Shown: one piece after another, positions 7,999-12,888 of the stretch
Numbering within the stretch: the first letter of the stretch is position 1
Layout of the letters: each line of letters begins with the position of its first letter
NCBI GenBank assembly: GCA_013306035.1
Contig: JABUBF010000006.1
Coordinates: 78,999-91,886 of the forward strand
Source of the DNA: Nitrososphaerota archaeon
Lineage (GTDB): Archaea; Thermoproteota; Nitrososphaeria; Nitrososphaerales; UBA57
DNA: 12,888 nucleotides
Reading direction: 5' to 3'
Program-made: the position numbers and the translations under genes
The notes under the pieces: model-generated
Database searches by the model: none
What the model was told of the DNA's origin: nothing
The model's input: only the letters and a program-made list of their open reading frames with translations

Positions 7999-9138
7999 GT
8001 GCAAACTAAGATATCTGGAACCGGACTTACAAAAATTACTGATCATTGGTCAAAGTCAATAGTAGACTTGGCGATTGATTCTGCAAGACAGGCAATCTCT
8101 GAATCAAATACATCGCCAGATATGATTATCTTTGCAAATACTCTGTCATCATATTCTTCAAGTCAAGAGAATCTCTCTACGATTATTTCTGAAGAATTAG
8201 GCTTGTCAGATATTACTACATTTAAGCTTGAATCATCATCTTGTTCAGGTGCGATGGCTGTTAATATAGGTCATAAATTATTGAATTCAGATAATCTAGA
8301 ATCTGTTTTAATAATTGGAGCTGAAAAAATGACTGATCTTTCTCCTGCAGAAACAATCAAAGCTACTGCTCTAGGTGAAAGTTATGAATATACTCAATTT
8401 TTTGGCATAACTATGAATTCACTTTATGCATTATTCTCTAGATTGTATATGGAAAAGTATGATGTCACTTCTGAAGAATTATCACAGTTCTCAGTTTTAT
8501 CTCATAAACATTCAGTCACTTGTAAACATGCACAGTTTAATCGTGAATTTTCATTAGACTCGATTAATAAATCTGCCACTATATCTTCTCCTTTACGTAT
8601 GCTTAATTGTTCTCCAATTGGCGACGGCTCTGCATCTTTAGTATTATCAAAAACCAATAATTCTAATTTCGACGATGTTAATATATTGTCATCTACTTCA
8701 TCTAATTCTTCAACTAGTTTCTTTTCAAGAGAAGATCTTTTGAAATTTTATTCTACAACTAGTTGTTTGAATAAATCACTTGCTGAATCAAAAATTAAAT
8801 TGGAAGACATTGATTTATTGGAAATTCATGACGTTGTTCCCGCGATTACTGCAAATATTTTAGAAACAATGGGATTCTCCAAACCTGGTAATGCATCATC
8901 TGATGTTCTATCAGGTAGATATGATTTAAATTCAAAAGTCACTTTATCTTCTTCCGGTGGATTGAAAGCACGTGGAAATCCCCTTTCTGCTACTGGCATA
9001 TATCAGATAATTGAAGTTACAAGACAATTACAAAATCGTTCTCATGCAGATCTTGAAAATAAAAATATTGGCTTATGTCATAATATGTCTGGTATTGATT
9101 CAAATACTGTTGTTCATGTCTTAGGAGTTGCTAATTGA
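7999..9138 (+). CDS. Thiolase-superfamily protein, archaeal acetoacetyl-CoA thiolase-like (partner of HMGCS)
   Basis: The start is GTG, preceded by SD-like GGTGA (7988-7992) with a 6-nt spacer. The nucleophile context is ESSSCSGAMAV (Cys codon 8242-8244). Also present are NCSPIGDGSASLVL, EIHDVV, SSGGLKARGNPLSATG and CHNMSG. Its position between HMGCS and DUF35 is typical of archaea. Confidence 0.85.
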   Translation: MQTKISGTGLTKITDHWSKSIVDLAIDSARQAISESNTSPDMIIFANTLSSYSSSQENLSTIISEELGLSDITTFKLESSSCSGAMAVNIGHKLLNSDNLESVLIIGAEKMTDLSPAETIKATALGESYEYTQFFGITMNSLYALFSRLYMEKYDVTSEELSQFSVLSHKHSVTCKHAQFNREFSLDSINKSATISSPLRMLNCSPIGDGSASLVLSKTNNSNFDDVNILSSTSSNSSTSFFSREDLLKFYSTTSCLNKSLAESKIKLEDIDLLEIHDVVPAITANILETMGFSKPGNASSDVLSGRYDLNSKVTLSSSGGLKARGNPLSATGIYQIIEVTRQLQNRSHADLENKNIGLCHNMSGIDSNTVVHVLGVAN

Positions 9139-9532
9139 TTTGTCCGTTTCATACTGGAGATTAAGAGATAGATATTATAGAATTATTGGTTCTATTTGCG
9201 ACTCTTGCAACTATGAATCTTTTCCTAAATTCAATACTTGCCCGAAATGTAAATCTCATGATATTTCAGATAAAGAGATGCCACATACTGGAAAAATAAT
9301 TTCTTACACTCTTTCGTACGAATCCATGCCTGGATTTGAACATGAATTACCTATGTCTATTGGTTTAATTAAACTCGATAATGGCGTTAATATTGTTTCA
9401 CAACTTGTAGATTCTGAAGCTGAAGATATTAAAATTAATGCAAACGTTAAATCTGTTTTCAGAAAGATTAATGCAGATGGGAATTCTGGTCAAATTTATT
9501 ATGGATATAAATTTAAAGTAATTAATGCGTAG
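9128..9532 (+). CDS. DUF35 OB-fold / zinc-ribbon protein (scaffold of the archaeal thiolase-HMGCS complex)
   Basis: It has a C4 zinc ribbon (CDSCNYESFPKFNTCPKCKS) followed by an OB-fold-like region (GKIISYTL...IGLIKLDNGVNIVSQL). The TTG start at 9128 overlaps the thiolase stop (9136-9138) by 11 nt. An alternative TTG lies at 9140. Confidence 0.85.
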   Translation: MLIDLSVSYWRLRDRYYRIIGSICDSCNYESFPKFNTCPKCKSHDISDKEMPHTGKIISYTLSYESMPGFEHELPMSIGLIKLDNGVNIVSQLVDSEAEDIKINANVKSVFRKINADGNSGQIYYGYKFKVINA

Positions 9533-9535
9533 AAA

Positions 9536-9626
9536 TAGGGCAACAGAACCATAGGATGAAGGGGGTTTATCCCATTGATGCCCTATCTCAACTCGACACC
9601 TTACTAATGTAATTATCTCATTACAT
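9536..9626 (+). other. GC-rich structured element: two hairpins, either a candidate 3'-UTR structure or a small RNA
   Basis: A perfect 7-bp stem pairs TAGGGCA (9536-9542) with TGCCCTA (9579-9585). It encloses an inner GGAT/ATCC stem (9554-9557 / 9569-9572). A second 7-bp hairpin pairs ATGTAAT with ATTACAT (9607-9613 / 9620-9626). The G+C here stands out from the surrounding AT-rich spacer. The strand assignment is tentative. Confidence 0.3.
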
Positions 9627-9653
9627 AACATAACGACAAAAATATTTGACTAA

Positions 9654-9669
9654 TTTATTTATTTTTTTT
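9654..9669 (+). terminator. Oligo-T tract (TTTATTTATTTTTTTT), candidate archaeal terminator for the HMGCS-thiolase-DUF35 transcript and/or the structured element
   Basis: A T8 run at 9662-9669 is preceded by a T-rich sequence in the spacer between convergent genes. Archaeal RNAP terminates at oligo-T. On the opposite strand, a T5 (plus-strand AAAAA, about 9638-9642) could serve the minus-strand operon. Confidence 0.35.
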
Positions 9670-9688
9670 ACTCAATTTACTCATTAAA

Positions 9689-10006
9689 TCATAAAAAATT
9701 CATTAAAAATATCAATATTATTATGTTTATTATTAGAATTCCAACCATCTTGATCTCTTTTTTATCAATATATTCTCCAACAATATTAATTGTCGCATAT
9801 AATAGCATTCCAAATGACAATGGAATCAAAACTGTTGATTTAGTAAATACAGAATATATCAGTATTGCTGCTGTTGTTATCTCAGCAATTATGTGAGTTT
9901 TTATGTAGGTATTATTCAATTTTGACTTTCTCAAATAATTTATCCAATATGCTATGATGGATATTCCTGCTATTATTGCATAATACGTTATATAGTCAGA
10001 CATCAT
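9689..10006 (-). CDS. Hypothetical 105-aa integral membrane protein (about 4 TM), translationally coupled to the upstream EVE gene
   Basis: Four hydrophobic segments (YYAIIAGISIIAYWINYL, IIAEITTAAILIYSVF, VLIPLSFGMLLYATINIVG, MVGILIINIIILIFLMNFL) are separated by short basic loops. The ATGATG start (10006-10001) overlaps the EVE stop codon (9998-9996). I recognise no family motif. Confidence 0.55.
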   Translation of the reverse strand: MMSDYITYYAIIAGISIIAYWINYLRKSKLNNTYIKTHIIAEITTAAILIYSVFTKSTVLIPLSFGMLLYATINIVGEYIDKKEIKMVGILIINIIILIFLMNFL

Positions 10007-10421
10007 ATTTCTTGTTAGATAATTTAATTATCTCACTCCAATATTCTTTTGTTACAGGCATTACTGATAATCTGGGTATACGTACTAAATCAAAATCATT
10101 AAAAAATATATTTGATTTAATTTCTTTTAGTGTTACAGACCTAGTTAATTTTTTCACGGGTTTTATATCAAATACTGCAAATTTTTTATCATCTTTGTTT
10201 GGATCACTATATGAACCTCTAATTACTTTTGCAATTCCTATGATTGATTTTTCTTTTCCTGTATGATAATATAGTAAGTCATCTCCTTTCAAAATTTTTC
10301 TAATATGTTTTAAAGCTAAATTATTTCCCACTCCATCCCATACTGTTTTTTTATCATTTACTAGATCATTATACGAATATTTTGCAGGTTCTTCTTTTAT
10401 TAACCAATAATTGTTTTTCAT
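9996..10421 (-). CDS. EVE domain protein (PUA-like superfamily, THYN1/DUF55-like)
   Basis: This is a stand-alone 141-aa protein with the EVE pattern: YWLIKEEPAKYSYNDL, WDGVGNNLALKHIRKILKGDDLLYYHTGKEKSIIGIAKV, SYSDPN, FDIKPVKKL..VTLKEIK and LVRIPRLSVMPVTKEYW. Confidence 0.88.
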   Translation of the reverse strand: MKNNYWLIKEEPAKYSYNDLVNDKKTVWDGVGNNLALKHIRKILKGDDLLYYHTGKEKSIIGIAKVIRGSYSDPNKDDKKFAVFDIKPVKKLTRSVTLKEIKSNIFFNDFDLVRIPRLSVMPVTKEYWSEIIKLSNKKYDV

Positions 10422-10576
10422 AAATTGTATTAAATTTAAATGTATTAATTCTCTTTCTATGTATATTAATTATAACCTTTTTATTATTAATTATTTATAA
10501 TATATTGTTATTTGTTCTTAATTTTCTATAAATAGCAGCAGTTATGATAAACTAAATCCTGATTTAAGACCACATT

Positions 10577-10584
10577 TTTATATT
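10577..10584 (+). promoter_or_regulatory. Candidate TATA box (TTTATATT) for the PQQ-like gene, at leaderless spacing
   Basis: It is centred about 24-26 nt upstream of ATG 10604. That places the expected TSS at or next to the start codon. No SD-like purine tract lies in between. Confidence 0.4.
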
Positions 10585-10603
10585 AAAAACAAAGACAAAA
10601 CTC

Positions 10604-12808
10604 ATGAACCAAAGAAATTGGTTAGCGTTAGCTGCCGTCCTATTGGGTTATTTATTAGTAGCATCTACTTTGGTAGTTGTTGCACCTGTGGGAACAGCTG
10701 AAGGACAAAACAATCTCAGCCGTGAAGAGCGAAATTGGGAGTTCATTAATCATAATAGATTCGGAACAAACCACAATCCTCAAACACAAATCAATAAAGA
10801 GACAGCACAATACATTGAATTAAAATGGGTCGCACCTATACCTTCTACAACTCAGTTTGGATCAGGTAGTTGGGGTGACGCAGAAGGTTCACAAGCTCCT
10901 CAATTGGTTGTAGACGGTATTGTCTTTAATGTCCTAAATCGAAAGTCAATTCTTGCATACGATGCAAAAGATGGATCTGTTGTTTGGCAATGGGAACATC
11001 CTGAATATGATCAAGATAAAGGACGAGCAGATTATCCTATCTCTATGGATACAGCCCACACTCATGGTATGTATTACAGCGATGGCTTCTTAGTACAAAC
11101 AGACTTTGGATGTAGATACACATTCAATGATCCAAAGACTGGTGAAGTAGCAAAACAAATTCTTCACTTATGTGTTGAAAATACAAATGCAGCTGACGGA
11201 TGGTATCCTGCAAGCAAATTAAACGAAGCTGGCTGGGGTATTCCAACTAACAGTGGCGAATACAGAAGTAGAGGAACACATCCTCCAACTACTTGGGTAG
11301 AAGAAGATTTAATTTTCCATCAACTCGGTGGTCATGCTGAAGGAACTTATGGAGGCAGATTCTTTGCTTCTGCAAGAAGTTATTCTACTGGCGACTTAGT
11401 CTGGAGAACTTTCTTACAACCTCCTTGTGGCGATCCTACAACATGCGGTCCTGGTAAAGATGGTCCACTGTTCGTAAAAGAAAAAGCTGAATGGGGTCAA
11501 TGGTTAGTAGATAACTGTGACAAGATCTGGATATACTCACCAAAAGTAACTGAAGCTCCATATGCTGTAAAAGCCTGTGAAATGAACCAGGACATTCTCA
11601 GAAACGACTGGGGAGACATGCGTTCTAACTCGGGTGTAAGCAATGTCTGGGGTCAGATGCCTATAGACAAAGAAAATGGTATGATTTACTATGGTACAGC
11701 ACAAGCTGGACCTGATAGAAACGCTACTCATGCACCTGGTCCAAGATTATTCGGAGCAGCATTTGTTGCTCTTGACGCTAGAACCGGTGAATTCAAATGG
11801 GCGTATCAGACAACTCCACGAGACCTTTGGGACTTTGACTGTTCATGGAATACCATGTTAGTCGATACAGTTGTTAACGGTGAAGAAAAACGTGTCATTC
11901 TTGGTGGCTGTAAAAACGGTATAATTTATGTACTTGATGCAGCAACAGGCTATGCATACCATGCAATGGAATCAACATTCATTCAACGTTGTGCAGTAAT
12001 CTGTGAATTATATGATCCATTAAGTGACGCAGACATGACAAAACCATGGACTAACTATCCTTCCTCAGATCCGTTCTGGATGAACTGTCAAACAACAGGC
12101 TGTCTGGAAGCTGACTTTGCATTCGATCCTGACAGAAACATGATCTATGCAGGTCTATACAATATGCCTGAATGGGCATCAGTCGGTAACGCTGAAACTC
12201 GAGGAGTAAGTGTAGCTGGCTGTAACGCAGACTGTAGAGAAGAACGTGGTCATGCAGATATGCCTTTCGATCCAATAATCAATTCTAGTATAGTCGCATT
12301 CGACGTCAACACTGGCGAAGAAAAGTGGAGATACTTTATGGATGGCTATGGATTCCGAGGCGGAGTAATTGTCAGTGGTGGAGTAGTATGGTTTGCCGCT
12401 GTTGACGGATGGGCAAGAGGCCTTGACGCAGACACCGGAGAAGTTATATACGAACACAATATTGGTTCTAGTGCTGTGGTTCAACCTACAATTGCTGCAG
12501 ATGCCGACGGTAACATGAAGATATTCAGAGTTATCGGCGGACGTGCAATTCGAGGAATGGGTTCATCACAACCTGGTGCTATTATGGCATACGGTCTACC
12601 TGACACTCTTCCAGAACCAGTAATAGTCGAAGTCGAAGTCGAAAGAATCGTTGAAGTCGAAGTAGTGAAAGAAGTTGAAGTAATCAAGGAAGTCGAAGTT
12701 ACTGTAATTGAAGAAGTCATCAGTCCAATTTCATACGTTGCAATTGGATTAGGTGTAATCTTGGTAGTAGTATCTGGCGTACTTTACTCACGAACTAGAA
12801 ACGCATAA
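10604..12808 (+). CDS. Extracytoplasmic, membrane-anchored PQQ-dependent-dehydrogenase-like beta-propeller protein (quinoprotein family, substrate unknown)
   Basis: The N-terminus is a signal peptide or anchor (MNQRNWLALAAVLLGYLLVASTLVVVAPVGTAEG). Blade motifs repeat: AYDAKDGSVVW, FNDPKTGEV, SYSTGDLVW, ALDARTGEFKW, VLDAATGYAY, AFDVNTGEEKW, GLDADTGEVIY. The quinoprotein hallmark YQTTPRDLWDFD is present (about 11804-11839). The C-terminus has an (EV)n stalk, a TM helix (YVAIGLGVILVVVSGVLY) and a basic tail (SRTRNA). Tandem TAA TAA stops sit at 12806-12811. Confidence 0.88.
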   Translation: MNQRNWLALAAVLLGYLLVASTLVVVAPVGTAEGQNNLSREERNWEFINHNRFGTNHNPQTQINKETAQYIELKWVAPIPSTTQFGSGSWGDAEGSQAPQLVVDGIVFNVLNRKSILAYDAKDGSVVWQWEHPEYDQDKGRADYPISMDTAHTHGMYYSDGFLVQTDFGCRYTFNDPKTGEVAKQILHLCVENTNAADGWYPASKLNEAGWGIPTNSGEYRSRGTHPPTTWVEEDLIFHQLGGHAEGTYGGRFFASARSYSTGDLVWRTFLQPPCGDPTTCGPGKDGPLFVKEKAEWGQWLVDNCDKIWIYSPKVTEAPYAVKACEMNQDILRNDWGDMRSNSGVSNVWGQMPIDKENGMIYYGTAQAGPDRNATHAPGPRLFGAAFVALDARTGEFKWAYQTTPRDLWDFDCSWNTMLVDTVVNGEEKRVILGGCKNGIIYVLDAATGYAYHAMESTFIQRCAVICELYDPLSDADMTKPWTNYPSSDPFWMNCQTTGCLEADFAFDPDRNMIYAGLYNMPEWASVGNAETRGVSVAGCNADCREERGHADMPFDPIINSSIVAFDVNTGEEKWRYFMDGYGFRGGVIVSGGVVWFAAVDGWARGLDADTGEVIYEHNIGSSAVVQPTIAADADGNMKIFRVIGGRAIRGMGSSQPGAIMAYGLPDTLPEPVIVEVEVERIVEVEVVKEVEVIKEVEVTVIEEVISPISYVAIGLGVILVVVSGVLYSRTRNA
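12620..12718 (+). repeat. In-frame degenerate GAAGTY hexanucleotide repeat encoding an alternating Glu-Val stalk
   Basis: The nucleotide sequence is gtcgaagtcgaagtcgaa...gttgaagtcgaagta...gaagttgaagta...gaagtcgaagtt. It encodes VIVEVEVERIVEVEVVKEVEVIKEVEVTVIEEV (33 aa). This sits between the propeller domain and the C-terminal TM helix. Confidence 0.8.
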
Positions 12809-12813
12809 TAATC

Positions 12814-12848
12814 TAAGTTGCCCTTCGGGGCAACTTACAATTTTTTTT
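12814..12848 (+). terminator. Hairpin (10-bp stem, UUCG tetraloop) followed by T8: intrinsic-terminator-like element
   Basis: The stem pairs TAAGTTGCCC (12814-12823) with GGGCAACTTA (12828-12837). The loop is TTCG (12824-12827). A 3-nt spacer precedes TTTTTTTT (12841-12848). The element begins 6 nt after the first stop codon. Confidence 0.6.
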
Positions 12849-12888
12849 AAATATAAAACGTTAATTATTGTTAATCATTATCATATTG

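Noticed and set aside
9536-9612. tRNA, split or intron-containing tRNA, or canonical C/D-box sRNA in the GC-rich island.
   Set aside because: I could not build a cloverleaf on either strand: there is no D-arm or T-arm pairing and no GTTCRAnnC-type T-loop. The 7-bp stem encloses only 36 nt. The box-like strings (AGGAUGA, UUGA) deviate from RUGAUGA and CUGA. No D'/C' pair with 12-nt guide spacing exists. I kept it only as an unclassified structured element.
9556-9612. 18-codon micro-ORF (MKGVYPIDALSQLDTLLM) as a callable CDS.
   Set aside because: It is too short to judge from sequence alone. It has no recognisable family and overlaps the predicted hairpins. I mention it under the structured-element finding but do not annotate it as a gene.
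9398-10266. Track ORFs 9398-9631 (-) and 9976-10266 (+).
   Set aside because: The first is mostly antisense to the DUF35 gene. The second is antisense to the EVE gene. Both have featureless translations.
10422-10603. AT-rich 182-nt divergent spacer with recurring TAATTAT/TTATTA strings, considered as a possible repeat element, mobile-element scar or small gene.
   Set aside because: It contains only short low-complexity AT motifs. There are no long direct or inverted repeats and no ORF beyond a few codons. It is consistent with an ordinary divergent promoter region. Apart from the TATA at 10577-10584, individual promoter elements cannot be singled out in sequence this AT-rich.
11537-12720. 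Minus-strand track ORFs 11537-11731, 12051-12275, 12179-12484 and 12481-12720.
   Set aside because: All are antisense to the PQQ-like gene. The Ser/Thr-rich run in 12481-12720 is simply the reverse complement of the GAAGTY (Glu-Val) repeat.
12611-12808. PEP-CTERM, PGF-CTERM or PEFG-CTERM archaeosortase/exosortase sorting signal at the C-terminus of the PQQ-like protein.
   Set aside because: The only P-E-P tripeptide lies 33 residues upstream of the TM helix instead of abutting it. The residues preceding the helix (EEVISPISY) match none of the sorting motifs I know. I treat the C-terminus as a plain TM anchor.
1-12888. CRISPR arrays, insertion sequences, integrases, toxin-antitoxin pairs, restriction-modification or other recognisable defence genes.
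   Set aside because: Reading both strands, I saw no direct-repeat/spacer periodicity, no transposase, integrase or nuclease motifs, and no terminal inverted repeats. Apart from the EVE pair, the window is core metabolism and information processing.

Overview
This is an AT-rich archaeal chromosomal segment. Hand-counted 60-nt lines give about 17-37% G+C over most of the window. I read 13 protein-coding genes and found no rRNA, tRNA, CRISPR array, transposase or integrase. Gene content points to an ammonia-oxidising thaumarchaeon (Nitrosopumilales-like), which is inference only. The supporting genes are RNA polymerase subunit P, an archaeal-type TyrRS, a family-B DNA polymerase and the archaeal HMG-CoA synthase/thiolase/DUF35 trio. 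Left to right, the genes are: (1) polB on the minus strand, truncated by the window edge and absent from the supplied ORF track; (2) a small membrane protein; (3) tyrS; (4) an MscS-family channel; (5) a DegT-type sugar aminotransferase; (6) a Dpm1-like GT2 glycosyltransferase; (7) a 59-codon rpoP with a TTG start, below the track cutoff; (8-10) HMG-CoA synthase, thiolase and DUF35; (11-12) a convergent minus-strand pair of an EVE (PUA-like) domain protein overlapping a 4-TM mini-protein; (13) a monocistronic, GC-richer, Cys-rich PQQ-dehydrogenase-like beta-propeller. The propeller has an N-terminal signal/anchor, an (EV)n stalk, a C-terminal TM anchor and a hairpin-plus-T8 terminator. Most of the window is ordinary core/housekeeping DNA. 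The items most worth a second look are the PQQ-like ectoenzyme with apparently non-canonical active-site motifs, the EVE plus membrane-protein couple, a GC-rich structured element just downstream of the DUF35 gene, and apparent substitutions at canonical catalytic positions of the thiolase. All motif comparisons were done by eye and from memory of family signatures. No searches or folding calculations were run.
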